Shown here one piece after another: positions 41,291-54,639 of a stretch of DNA of 64,000 nt. Origin of the DNA: Eledone cirrhosa (taxonomy: Eukaryota); contig OZ024743.1 in the NCBI GenBank assembly GCA_964016885.1, forward strand, positions 305,970,001-306,034,000, read 5' to 3'. The position numbers and the translations under genes are program-made. The notes below the pieces were generated by a model. That model was not told the origin of the DNA. It made no database searches and saw only the letters and a program-made list of their open reading frames with translations. Positions within the stretch are counted from its first letter, which is position 1. Each line of letters opens with the position of its first letter.

Positions 41291-41381
41291 CATATATACA
41301 CATATACATACACATACATATACATACACACACACACATACACAAGCATATACATATATACACATATACACATACATAAAC

Positions 41382-41468
<87 letters not shown>

Positions 41469-41699
41469 AATATATACACACATAAATATATTTCCATATC
41501 ATAGATAGATGTTTATTTTCACTCACGCAATTACGAGTGGCTGTGTATCTTGTTGCCTTTAGTCATTAACGCATAAATCTAAGGAAGCTAAAACATTAAA
41601 ATGCAAAACTAAGCATGAAAGCATATAATTAGGGGAAAGACGTACTAATAAATATTATTCTATACGGAATTTAGTGAGTTGCTATTTAGAATATTTAAT

Positions 41700-42560
41700 T
41701 AGGTTTATAGTATTTAAATGTTTTTCGTATACGGTGATTACAGACTATCATCAAATCCTATCTTTTATTTAATAAATCGTCCTTAGATTTAATAATTTCG
41801 AAGATCTCTCCTGAACATAATCCGCATTCCCTTCTGCTTCCAAGATATGGAGTTTTTTGTAGAATGGTGTTCCACGATAACTTAAAATCTATATTTTTCT
41901 TTTTATAATTATTTACCGTGGTGTTTGCTAGTTTAGTACTGTTGAAACTACTAGAGTGTGCGTAAAATCTTTTCTTAAATGTGTTTGATGTAGAACCTAT
42001 ATATGTTTTGTAGGAGGCTGTAGTAGACACAGTGCATTTATATACTACATTATTAATCAAACAGTTTCCATTTAAGGGGTAAATGCTTCTATTTCTGCAA
42101 TTACAGCCATACGTGAGATGGTTTTGGGGGGTGTCTATACTATTCTCATTTATCCTTGAGCTATTCCTATTGTAATTAATGAGAGAAGGAGAATGATGGT
42201 TGCTTTGTGGGTGGTTTGGTACTAGAGTTGTATTGTAATTTTGTGTTCTGTTGTTTTTGTGTTGGTGATTTGGTTGGTTGTGTTTTCTAGGTTTAAGGAT
42301 TGTATTATTTGTCTTTTTAAAAGATGCAGTCATATTTAAATTATGTTGCGGTGGTGTAGTCATATTATTTTTAAGTTTGTAAGTTGCTTATTTTTTGTTT
42401 GAGATTGTTTGATATAGAGTATGAGAATTTAACAGTATATTTGTTAAATATTTGGAGGTATCTGTGGTTTGGTGAAAATGTTTATGTAGTATTTCAAAGA
42501 ATTTTTGGGGGATTTGTCCAATAGTTTGCAGGTTGAAGGGTGCGTTGTACCATGTTAAGT
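41700..42560 (-). pseudogene. PLE 3' fragment (linker + GIY-YIG)
   Basis: WYNAPF, CNCRNRSIYPLNGNCL, YIGSTSNTFKKRF, CGLC. Confidence 0.85.
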
Positions 42561-43247
42561 TGTATATTATCGCATTACTATATCACGTTAAGTTGTATAT
42601 TATCGCATTACTATATCACATTAACTTATTATAATTTTCATCTTTTAATATACTATCTTTCCTAGCCATAACATTAATTTATATTCACCTTAAAACTCAA
42701 TACAACACTAATCACCATGTATTTTGACATTCCTTTTAAATTCACTATACAAGATACATTCAACTATCAGTTTGACAATCCCCTTCCTTCCTAATATATT
42801 TTTATGTCATGACCTCAACTAAAGTGTATTACTTTTCATCTTAACACCATATGAAAAAGACAATTCGATTCGTTAGTTCTTCAACTACCTCTGAGTAAAA
42901 TTATTATTGAATAAAATTATTATTGCTTTTGAAAACAGCTGGTGATATGCATGTAAGTAAATATTCCCTCTATATGATAGTTTGTAAACTTACATAGATC
43001 AATAACTGAGTATAGATACAATGTATTATCATCATCTAGAAACGATCGTAAAGCAGTGAAGTATATATCTAATGACTTGATTTTTTATTTCATTGTTTTA
43101 ACTAATATCATGACTCTGTTTTCCTTTTAATGTTTTATTGTTTTCTGAGATTTATCTTAACCTACAACATTTTCAACATATGGATTACATTGAGTTCTTC
43201 ATACAGAATAGACCCCACAACTTACAGTGGATACCTCTGTGTATATA

Positions 43248-43331
<84 letters not shown>

Positions 43332-43334
<3 letters not shown>

Positions 43335-43468
43335 GTTTCTACTTTTGGCACAAGGCCACCAATTATCCCAGTGTATTACTGGTACTTTATTTCATAGACC
43401 CCGTAAGGATGAAAGGCAAAGTTAACCTCGGCGGGATTTTAAGTCAGATCGTAAAGGTCCGTAACTCT
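43332..43468 (-). mobile_element. tRNA-SINE, 5'-truncated
   Basis: Same body as 14716-14901. Confidence 0.8.
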
Positions 43469-43471
43469 ATA

Positions 43472-43544
<73 letters not shown>

Positions 43545-43551
<7 letters not shown>

Positions 43552-43698
43552 ATACTTTGGGAGGGTCATGTTGCCAATAAGAAACACACGCACCAGTTGC
43601 TTTCACTTCAATTTATTATAAATTAAATTTATAAATTTAGGAATTTATAAATTTACGTTTTCAGATAAAGAATCTTGCTAAACAAATTCAGAAACGAA

Positions 43699-43700
<2 letters not shown>
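43545..43700. mobile_element. Mini remnant made of two inverted pLTR termini of the 18829-21660 family
   Basis: 43545-43653 is the reverse complement of 21555-21660, and 43654-43700 is the reverse complement of 18829-18872. Confidence 0.75.
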
Positions 43701-43731
<31 letters not shown>

Positions 43732-43777
43732 ATGTATATATATATAGATAAATATATAAATAATGTATATATATATA

Positions 43778-43839
<62 letters not shown>

Positions 43840-43885
43840 GTAAGAGAAACCAAAGAACGCTTCCATACTCAAACAGTTTTTATTT

Positions 43886-43930
43886 GCTTACAATGTTCCA
43901 TCCATACTGTTGGGTAGATTTCATCAGAGC
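43886..43930 (-). ncRNA. Decayed HHR in pLTR remnant (related decayed copy 46603-46647)
   Basis: gct CTGATGA ... GGAA cattg TA agc + AATAAA; GAAA is mutated. Confidence 0.55.
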
Positions 43931-44199
43931 TTAATAAACACAGTGTTGAGTATAAGCTCTACTAAGCTTAGTAACACGAACAATGGGAATACAATAGAGG
44001 GTAAATATAGGGAGATGGGATGGCGAATAAGGAGAGGGTACATGCTGGGGTTGTTAAGCACCACAGCTAAATTCTAGGGCACAAGCAGATCACACAAGAT
44101 GCAGATACAATTGATGGCACACAATTGGTGACGGTGACCACTATAGCCTAAAAGAATTATTCCTCTACTATAAGATCAACAATGGCGATGGCGTACTAA

Positions 44200-45754
44200 C
44201 AACGCCTTCCAACCAGCGTCTTACTACACATAAACGCGGCAGAATGAAGCCGAGTCCGCCCGAGCATAAAGCGAAAGGGACACATAACTGGCACAATAAC
44301 ATGCATAAGAACGGTCACCTTGAAAGCACAACCCATAGCAAACGTACCAATACACAGAACCGCCACCGTAACGTCCTATGTTTCCATCCTCCCTACTCTC
44401 GGAGTGTTGCCTCCGATATACCCCGCATATTCTTCGAAGCCTTAGAGAAGAACTTCCCACCCAACCATAAATATAGGAAAATCCTGAATAGAAACAATAT
44501 TAAAATATCCTTCTCTACTACTCCTAACCTAGCAGATATCATAGGAACAACTAATCACAGTAAAATCACCAAAACACAGCACCTTAGCACCGATACACCT
44601 AGACCTGACAATAACCATAACGGCCTTAACGTCTCCCTAGCAGCAGCCATAACAGACGCAACCAACGTAACCGCGACATGACTGGGGAATATGCTAGTGA
44701 CCTGTACGGGTCACCTGACGACATCAGAAGGCGTTGCGGCGTGCCGAGTGATAATAGTACTACTCCGCACGCTACGGGATGTAATAGTACTAACGACAGG
44801 GATAGAGGTGTAGGTAACAACATAGATAGCAATAATAATTTCCTCACCTCGTGAACTAGTAGTGACTTCGACCGAAAATGCAACTGCCGTGACAGGCGAC
44901 GCTGCCCCCTTAGGGGAAATTGCCTGACAGATAAGGTTATTTATAGGTGCACCATAACTAGCCATAATAGCGTTATGCATTAGATAGGGGCCACCTCCGT
45001 CCCGTTCAAAAATAGATTTCGAACACATCTCCACTCTTTCACAAACAAAAAACTAAGACACTCCACTTCGCTCGCCAATTACATCACAGCATTAAAAGAC
45101 TCAAACATCAGCTTCTCCACACACTGGGAAATTGTCGGCAGAGCAGCACCGTACAATTTCAAGAGGAAGTGCAAGCTTTACCTCATGGAGCTTTACCATA
45201 TCATAACGGCTTCCCCTGAGCTCATTAACAGCAGAGCGGAATCAGTGATAAACTGCAGGCACCGTATAAAGATGTCGTACTCCAGATGGAATAAGAATGA
45301 GGCATGAAAACCATAAACCGGGTCCCCCTGCACCAAACCTTAACACCCCAGTGGCCAGGCGCTGCAAATAAACATCCGGAAACCAACCATGCATCCCAGA
45401 TATAGCGTGAATCGACAAAGGTAAAGCAGTACCCACAAAGTAATAGCGGGTAACAAATGGCTTGGGGAACACTGCTGTAACACCGGCTAGAGTTATCTCC
45501 CCTAATCTACTACAAAAACAATAAATGTGCTTTACGAAGAATTAACTGTGATGTGAATTTATCTTTAAAACCCCTTCTGGGTCACGTAAGGAAGACTCTT
45601 TAGTGAATTTATCTTCAAAACGGCTTGTTGGTCACGTAAGGAACACTCTTTAGTTGTTATGCCCTTGAGAAGCCCTTTTTGGGCGAAACGTACGTAGGTG
45701 CTGTTTTAAATAAACATGTTTTAACGGTTTGTTCTGCTTTATATATTTTTTCAC

Positions 45755-45756
<2 letters not shown>
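44200..45756 (+). mobile_element. PLE 3' half with 3' UTR
   Basis: FHPPYS, FPPNHKYRKILNRNNIKISFSTTPNL, CNCRDRRRCPLRGNC at about 44880, YIG and CRH motifs; HHR at the end. Confidence 0.85.
45661..45701 (+). ncRNA. Minimal HHR with U3:A8 covariant core
   Basis: gccc TTGAGAA gccc-ttttt-gggc GAAA cgtacg TA ggtgc; palindromic stem III. Confidence 0.75.
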
Positions 45757-45829
<73 letters not shown>

Positions 45830-46765
45830 AAACTGGAACGGGAACAAAAACAGAGAGGCAGTATAAACAAAGGTTTATTAGTTTCACGCTCTTGAGAGTG
45901 TGTGTGGTGGGGTGGGTGGCACTCTCAAGAACCAATTTTCAGGAGAAAAGTGGATGGGAAGAGAGTTCCGAGGGTGTGTGAGGGTGTGTGAGGGAGTGGT
46001 GGAGAGACATTTAGAGAAGGGGGGGGTTGTGGAAGGGGTACAAATAAAAAATAAATAAATAAAAATAAAAATAAACATAAAGATAAACAAGTAGTGGAAG
46101 GTTGTGGGGCGTGTAGGTTTGGTGGCATGTGGAGTAGGGAGAGGGAGGCGGGGGGTCCGAGCGGGGAGGACTAAAGGTGGTGTTTGTGTATGTGTGTAGG
46201 TGTACGTGTGTGTGTATGTGTATGTGAATGTGAGAGTTGGGGGACGAACTAGGTTCCATGTTCAGGAAAAGGTGTGTGTGTGGAGTGGCGTGTAGGTCGG
46301 TGTGTGCGTGCGTGTGGATGGGGAGGGGTCAGAGGGGTGGGAGAATCCGGAGGCTGAGTATGTATATGTGGGGGTACGCACGTCTGTGTTTCTGTTTATA
46401 CGTGGTGTGGATGTAGGTGGCGTGGTTCGAAAAAAATGTGAGTGTATGTCCGTGGGTAAGTTCCTAAGGTAGTTCCGAGAAGTGTGCGATGTGGTGCCGG
46501 ATATTTTTCATGTTATGGAGTGGATAGCTGGAACGATATATAAATATATATATATAGAAAAATAAATCAAAGAAAGCCTACATACTTATGCAATTTTTAT
46601 TTGCTAACAATATTTCATCCATACCGTGGGGCAGGAATACTCAGAGTGTAATCAATAACAATATAGCACTGAATATAAGCTCTACCAAGCTTAGTCACAA
46701 GAACAGTAGAGAAACTGTACAGGATAGTATGAGGGAGATTGGATATGAGAAGGATGGAGAGAATG

Positions 46766-46796
<31 letters not shown>

Positions 46797-46913
46797 ATAT
46801 ATATATATATATTGTTATATATATATATATATATATATATAGTAATAATATAGTTTCAGAAGATCCCGTTAAGGGTGAAAGCAGCGATTCTTTGCTTAAA
46901 CTTTAATCTGTTA

Positions 46914-46997
<84 letters not shown>

Positions 46998-47002
<5 letters not shown>

Positions 47003-48784
47003 ATAAATGCTCTGAAATAGCGATATATATGTGAATATAGACATAGAATATTCGAAAATATTCTGTATGTTTATAATAAACATTTTGAAGACCTAATCGC
47101 TATAGAATAGAATACGTCACGTATTACAATTAGATTCTCGATAAAAGCAAGGGAAGTAATCTACGCGTTTCATTCTTGTTAGAAATCATCAGGACCACAT
47201 ATCCAGTGCTTTTATCGAGAATGACACAGCTAGAGACTTATAGAATACTTAGCTGTGTACAGGAACTGGTTTGAAAGAGCGGTTGCCGGTCCGGCAGAAA
47301 TTAGAAATTGGAATAAATGCTCTGAAATAGCGATATATATGTGAATATAGACATAGAATATTCGAAAATATTCTGTATGTTTATAATAAACATTTTGAAG
47401 ACCTAATCGCTATAGAATAGAATACGTCACGTATTACAATTAGATTCTCGATAAAAGCAAGGGAAGTAATCTACGCGTTTCATTCTTGTTAGAAATCATC
47501 AGGACCACATATCCAGTGCTTTTATCGAGAATGACACAGCTAGAGACTTATAGAATACTTAGCTGTGTACAGGAACTGGTTTGAAAGAGCGGTTGCCGGT
47601 CCGGCAGAAATTAGAAATTGGAATAAATGCTCTGAAATAGCGATATATATGTGAATATAGACATAGAATATTCGAAAATAGCACTGGATATGTGGTCCTG
47701 ATGATTTCTAACAAGAATGAAACGCGTAGATTACTTCCCTTGCTTTTATCGAGAATCTAATTGTAATACGTGACGTATTCTATTCTATAGCGATTAGGTC
47801 TTCAAAATGTTTATTATAAACATACAGAATATTTTCGAATATTCTATGTCTATATTCACATATATATCGCTATTTCAGAGCATTTATTCCAATTTCTAAT
47901 TTCTGCCGGACCGGCAACCGCTCTTTCAAACCAGTTCCTGTACACAGCTAAGTATTCTATAAGTCTCTAGCTGTGTCATTCTCGATAAAAGCACTGGATA
48001 TGTGGTCCTGATGATTTCTAACAAGAATGAAACGCGTAGATTACTTCCCTTGCTTTTATCGAGAATCTAATTGTAATACGTGACGTATTCTATTCTATAG
48101 CGATTAGGTCTTCAAAATGTTTATTATAAACATACAGAATATTTTCGAATATTCTATGTCTATATTCACATATATATCGCTATTTCAGAGCATTTATTCC
48201 AATTTCTAATTTCTGCCGGACCGGCAACCGCTCTTTCAAACCAGTTCCTGTACACAGCTAAGTATTCTATAAGTCTCTAGCTGTGTCATTCTCGATAAAA
48301 GCACTGGATATGTGGTCCTGATGATTTCTAACAAGAATGAAACGCGTAGATTACTTCCCTTGCTTTTATCGAGAATCTAATTGTAATACGTGACGTATTC
48401 TATTCTATAGCGATTAGGTCTTCAAAATGTTTATTATAAACATACAGAATATTTTCGAATATTCTATGTCTATATTCACATATATATCGCTATTTCAGAG
48501 CATTTATTCCAATTTCTAATTTCTGCCGGACCGGCAACCGCTCTTTCAAACCAGTTCCTGTACACAGCTAAGTATTCTATAAGTCTCTAGCTGTGTCATT
48601 CTCGATAAAAGCACTGGATATGTGGTCCTGATGATTTCTAACAAGAATGAAACGCGTAGATTACTTCCCTTGCTTTTATCGAGAATCTAATTGTAATACG
48701 TGACGTATTCTATTCTATAGCGATTAGGTCTTCAAAATGTTTATTATAAACATACAGAATATTTTCGAATATTCTATGTCTATA

Positions 48785-48788
<4 letters not shown>
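46998..48788. mobile_element. Candidate non-LTR retrozyme array: 310-bp HHR-containing units, about 2.2 units (-) then about 3.6 units (+)
   Basis: Period 310 (gaataaatgc at 47001, 47311, 47621; gcactggata at 47681, 47991, 48301, 48611). Inversion at 47680/47681, no ORF, (TA)n flanks. Confidence 0.88.
47692..47734 (+). ncRNA. Minimal type I HHR of the 310-bp unit; also 48002-48044, 48312-48354, 48622-48664 (+) and 47156-47198, 47466-47508 (-)
   Basis: gtggtc CTGATGA t-ttct-aaca-agaa-t GAAA cgcg TA gattac; predicted GUA cleavage after 47728. Confidence 0.9.
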
Positions 48789-48826
<38 letters not shown>

Positions 48827-48891
48827 ATGTATATATATATATATATGAAAAAGAACACAAGAGCGTCTACAACATCAACAGATTTTTATTG

Positions 48892-48936
48892 GCTTACAAT
48901 GTTTCTTCCTTACGTAACCGTAGGATTCGTCAGAGC
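48892..48936 (-). ncRNA. Intact HHR in solo pLTR (about 48846-49630)
   Basis: gct CTGACGA a-tcctacg-gtta-cgtaagga-a GAAA cattg TA agc, then AATAAA and (TA)n. Confidence 0.8.
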
Positions 48937-49630
48937 TATAAAAGGGGTTTGATTGGTGTTATGGACTCTACCAACCAAACATTCAAGAACAAAGAGTAAA
49001 GAGAGTAAAGAGCAAAAGTAGGGGACGATAAGTCTAATTTTGGTGCGGGAGGGTGGGGTGTGGGTCCTTGTTTACTAGCTGCGGTCATATTCATTCCCGG
49101 GAGTCGGGTGGTTAGCTGAACCATAGATGGGGTGGCGTCGATAGTATGGTGCAGAGGGTGCGCAGAGGCTACACAAACACAAAGGGCATACAATATATAT
49201 ATATATATATATATAGCGGAGGAGAAAGTACATGAGGTAATTAGAAATGGAAAAAGAGTAATAATAATAATCTATAATTAATAGTGTATAATAAGGCATG
49301 GGGAAGATTACACTATAATAAGGTATAAAAGTAAGAATAAGGTAAAATATAAAGGAGGATAAAAGTGGAAATAATAAAGATAAAAAAATATATAGAGAAT
49401 ATATAAAGAAATATAAGCGAATATTTGGAGGGGAAACACAATGTAAAAAAACCGATTTTTTCAAATAATAATAAAAATATAATAATTATGGGAGGAGAAA
49501 ACGGGATAGAGAAATATGATCAAGTGTGATTAGTTGAGAGAATATAAGATGATAATAGTGGGACACGGGTATACATAAGATGATAATAATGGGACACGGG
49601 TATACAATACCTAACTCCTATTAACCTAAG

Positions 49631-49675
<45 letters not shown>

Positions 49676-49769
49676 GTATATATATATATAATGTATATAT
49701 ATATATATATATATATAATGTATATATATATATAATGTATAATGTATATATATATATATATATATATAT

Positions 49770-50152
49770 ATTGGTAAACGGAAAAGAAAATGCTGACAAA
49801 TTGTTCACAGTGAAAAATAGTTTAATTAGGAATAAGTGAAAATTAGTAATAGTATTGGTTAGTATTCAGTTTTGGTTTTAAATTTTACCGGTTGCGCATT
49901 TCTAATGCTTTTTAAAAATAATTTTGAGATAGAGCGCCCGTGATGTTTGCTCTAATCTGATTAGTTTTGGAAATTCTACCTGTTTTATGTGAAAAAAGTG
50001 GCTCCAGATGTATTAAAATAAGTTTCGCGCCAATTCGTGTTGCAAAAATTCTTGTGGTCAAAACAATTTTGATTGGTCGGTAGAGGTCATGTGAATGTTA
50101 AAAATTGATTTTGCGCCAAATGTAGGTTTGTGTCGGCTGATTGATAAGTCAC
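49770..50152 (-). mobile_element. Diverged pLTR related to the 13304 family, with decayed U3:A8 HHR at 49882-49919
   Basis: attt TTAAAAA gcatt-aga-aatgc GCAA ccgg TA aaat; shares aaaaaagtggctc, tttcgcgcc, attgg and gtcatgtga motifs. Confidence 0.55.
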
Positions 50153-50168
50153 TATATATATATATATA

Positions 50169-51065
50169 CTAGCAGTAAAGCCCGGCGTTGCTCGGAGCTA
50201 CTCAGTAGCTGTGTTAAAGTTACAATGTTAAGTTCCTTTCTTGGCTTAAAAATTGTAGAGTCTACAGTATAGACTTTCATCTGGTACTTTCGATTAATAT
50301 TCCCTCAACCAACAGTATGCCTTATGAAGTTAAGAAAACATAACCATAACTCGAATGTTAAAACAAAAGAGGATGCTGGGGATAAAAACTGCATTGGTAA
50401 TCTATTAACAAAAATCGAAATTGTAAACACTGCAACACTTGTCTCAGAGAAAAACATCAGCATAACCAAAGTATCAGTTATTTTGGATGGACATGAAAAA
50501 CAAACAAAAAATGCAATTTTATCGCCTATCACCTCCCTGCACGACTGGCTGTCTGCACAACTTTATCGCCTATATCACCTCTCTGCACGACTGTCTGTCT
50601 GCATGCCTCCATCATCTATCAGCCCGACTGTCTGTCTGCACAACTTTATCGCCTATATCACCTTTCTGGACGACTGTCTGTCTGCACATCTTTATCGCCT
50701 ATAGCAGTAAAGCCCGGCGTTGCTCGGGGCTGCTCAGTAGCTGTGTTAAAGTTACAATGTTAAGTTCCTTTCCCATTTATCTGTAGAACAAACGTAGCCC
50801 ATGTGTCAAGTTTTGTGAAAATCGGTTGCGAACTCCAGAAGTTCTGATGGTTTGTTGCATTGCACTGCAGTGCTTCAGTCGACTCCAAGGAAGTGGTAAA
50901 TGGGGGTTCTCTGCCGGAAGGCCCTATAATCAATATCGGGAAAAATGAAAGTACCCATGACCCTCTGGGGTACATAAGTAACCTAAGTCTTAAGTTTGGT
51001 GAAAATACTGTAGAAATGCATAAGGTTTACACACAACACATTTTCGTTTACAATTTTATTTACAT
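50169..51065 (-). mobile_element. Non-autonomous Helitron-like element with duplicated 3' end
   Basis: Minus strand GC hairpin (ccgagcaacgccggg), then CTAG|T at 50169. A second copy of this terminus lies at 50701-50772, and an internal minisatellite of about 45 bp at 50517-50702. Confidence 0.7.
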
Positions 51066-53285
51066 CATTCTTAAACTCCACCTCCCAACAACACTCAATA
51101 ATGAACATACCCTACTAGTAACCTTTGATGTCATCAATTTATATTCCAATATCCCGCACAACCTAGGTATAGAGGCAATATAATTCTGGCTTGAAAATTT
51201 CCCTAGTAAACTCCCAGGGCGCATCCCCAAAGAATTTGTGTTGGAGGGACTCAAATTCATCTTGGAAAACAATTTCTTCGAATTCAATGCCAAATACTAC
51301 AGACAGAAATCTGGGACTGCCATGGGCACGAAAGTAGCCTCCCCATACGCCAACCTTGTCATAGGATATTTGGAAACCACTCTCTGCCGCAAAGTTCTAG
51401 ACAAATACGGCAACCACTCTACCAACACATAGAAAAGAACTGGAAGAGATATCTGGACGACTCTTTCATCCTCTGGCATGAAAGTATAGATAGACTGGTA
51501 GAGTTTAAAACCCTTCTGAATGGACTCTATACAAACTTACAATTCACAATGGATTACAGCCATAAACAACTCCCTTTCCTCATCAAGAAAACAAACAACA
51601 AAATAGAAACAGACATATACTACAAACCCACAGACTCCAAACAATACTTTCCATTCAACTCGTGCCACCCTAGACACACCAAAATGGCAATTCCTTATAA
51701 CCTAGCCAGAAAGATCTGCGCAATAGTTTCAGATAAATACACATGCTACACACGACTAGAAGAATTAAAAAACACACTTATCAGCAGAAACTACCCACAA
51801 TCCCTATTCAACAATGGATTCCAACGTACACTAACTAAAACTCAACATCCAGGAACTCAGACACCCCAAACTCAGGAATGAACCGCAACAGAAAACTCTA
51901 CCATACATCTCCACACACAACCCCCTCAACAATGAGGCATTCGACACCATCCTCCAGAACATTCCTTTACTAAAAAGAGACCCAAGAATCAACAAAATTC
52001 TCCAAAGACACAACATCATAAAGAGCAAAAGACAACCTAAATCCATAAAAAACATCCTCACACAAGCCAAAATCCAACAAACCCTCACAATGAACCCTAC
52101 AGTAACAAAATGCGGAAGGCCCAACTGTGGTATATGCATAAATCTAATAGAAGGTTCAACATTCCATTTTAAACAAGGACATTTCACAGTTAAACACAAC
52201 TTTACATGTGCATCTGAAAACCTAATCTATGTTTTGACCTGCTCAGGTTGTCAAGAGCACTATATAGGACAGACAAAAAACAGCCTCCGACAACGTATAA
52301 CCGTCCATAAATCACAAATCAAAATACAGGAATACAGAAAGATTGCATTTAGTGAACATATCGCCAATTGTCCACCCAACTAACATCCAAACTTTAAAAT
52401 TTTTCCCATTTACAAATTCATAGAAAACGCTACTTTCATCCATCGTACCAACAAGGAAACACATTTCATTAACAAATTCCAACCTCTACTTATTGCACTA
52501 AACTTCGGACTAAACTAAAACTGGAACAAACAATCAAACATTTACAAATACCTATGTCTCTCTAAAGAGTCACCTCCCTAACACCCTACCTAATACTTTT
52601 TCTTAAATAAATTAAATATCATCCACCATGAATTACCTCCCCCTGCATATTAACTCTTTCAAAGGGGAAATAGTATCAAACCCCAGTCCACCATTTGCCT
52701 CCATCATGGATCAACTAAGCACCCTTGCTATATTAACACATTTTGATCTGCTTAACTTCAAGAACTATGCCTCTAAATAACATTATTTTTCCTTTCACAT
52801 TGACTTTTTATGCTCCACATTATGCCCCTTTTTTTCTTTTTTCTTTTTTCTTTTTTCTTTTTTCTTTTTTCTTTTTTCTTTTTTCTTTTTTCTTTTTTCT
52901 TTTTTCTTTTTTCTTTTCACTTCATAAACCTTGTTTGTAAATAACATTATTCCTTCTGCACCATTTCTTTAACATGTCCAACACCACCATTCTACACCAT
53001 ATACATATCACTATCATTTGATAATGCATAAAAATGTTGAAACCGGTAATAGACAATTATTAAATATATAAATAAATAAATAAATGTCATTGTTAATTAA
53101 TAAATAAATCAACTAATACCTTAACACTTCACACAAAGTAAAATATTTCGTTTTAATCATTTTCCAACCCAGAAAAAAAAGAGAAAGAAATAATAAGGGA
53201 AAAAAAAATATTTTTCTTCCTAATAATCGTCTTTTTCTCCCTGTTTTCATATATATATATTCTAACTCGTGTGCTTCCCCTCCAT
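51066..53285 (+). mobile_element. Neptune-like PLE, 5'-truncated and decayed (coding about 51066-52515)
   Basis: TFDVINLYSNIPH, GTAMGTKVASPYANL, WKRYLDD, YYKPTDS, SCHPRH, CGRPNCGIC, FTCASENLIYVLTCSGCQEHYIGQT. Confidence 0.9.
53011..53052 (+). ncRNA. Probable U3:A8 HHR in the Neptune-like pLTR
   Basis: ctatcat TTGATAA t-gcat-aaaa-atgt-t GAAA ccgg TA atag; stem I is imperfect. Confidence 0.5.
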
Positions 53286-53299
53286 TATATATATATTAT

Positions 53300-53358
<59 letters not shown>

Positions 53359-53421
53359 GTATATATATATATATATATATAATGTATATATATATATATA
53401 TAATGTATAAATATATATATA

Positions 53422-54570
53422 TAATTTTACATTTATAGACTATGTTATTAATAAGACAATTTCCCTTTAATGGGCAATTTCTTTTGATTCTACAGTTACA
53501 ACCATTCGTGAATATTATATCAGGGGAGTTAGTCAAATTTGGTGTGGAGTTTACCAACCTAAAGCTTAATTTCTCTACCTCTTCTCTCATAAAATATAAT
53601 GACTTTCAAAAAACCATTCATCCTAATACTCCAATATATGTTAACAACATTACTAACAAAATTACTAGTAATCAGACTAAAACACCTAAATCAGTTAATC
53701 TAACTAAACCTATATATAATAAAGTCACTAATAGTAACTCTCTTAGTAAACATCCCGATACATCGTATAAATATAAAAACAACATCGAAGCCGTAATAGA
53801 TGGGTTACTTGGTATAATGCTCCATTTAATCTACAAATTAAAGTCAATATCCCTAAAAGATTATTTGCTATCCTAGAGAAAAACTTCCCACCAAACCATA
53901 AATACCATCAAATTTTAAATAGATCAACTGTCAAATTTTCCTACTCCACTACCAAAAATATACAACAGAATATAAGTACGTACAACGCATATAAGTGTAA
54001 AAAACCCACAAATATACCACCAATACATCAAACCAACCATAATACTAAAATAAACCGCAACAAACCACCATCTTCTTTACCTATAACAAGTCGAGTAAAC
54101 TCCACACCAAATTTGACTAACTCCCCTGATATAATATTCACGAATGCTTGTAACTGTAGAATCAAAAGAAATTGCCCATTAAAGGGAAATTGTCTTATTA
54201 ATAACATAGTCTATAAATGTAAAATTAGCACTAAGGACTCCACTTATTCATATATAGGAGCTACGTCTAACCAATTTAAAGTAAGATTTAATACCCACAA
54301 ACATAGTTTTAAAACTGCCGCATTGGCTAATAGAACATCCTTGGCTGAAACAATTAATAATTATAGAAAGAAGAATATCGATTACAACCTGACCTGGAGT
54401 GTGCTCAAAAGGGCCACCCCTTATCAAAATAACAGATATGAGTGTAGATTATGTTCCCAGGAACTTTTTGAAATAATGAAATCTAAGGATATCCTATTAA
54501 ATAATAATTAATTATAGACCTATCATAGGAGAAGTAGCAAAAATATTAGGTGAATTTTTATCAAATAAGT
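53422..54570 (+). mobile_element. PLE 3' fragment with 5' inversion
   Basis: CNCRIKRNCPLKGNCL, YIGATSNQFKVRF, CRLC; 53422-53553 is the reverse complement of 54096-54227. Confidence 0.87.
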
Positions 54571-54639
54571 ATTAGTAATTGCAATAACAGACTCAATTTA
54601 TTCAACTGTACTATACCATTTTCCTAGTTTATTGTAATA

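Noticed and set aside
42886-42945. ctgagta...gaaa spacing reminiscent of an HHR
   Set aside because: Core and stems are too degenerate to support a call.
45825-46530. G-rich purine/GT tract as a distinct element or G-quadruplex system
   Set aside because: It resembles the antisense of a pyrimidine-rich PLE 3' UTR. No second copy, HHR or boundaries could be established.
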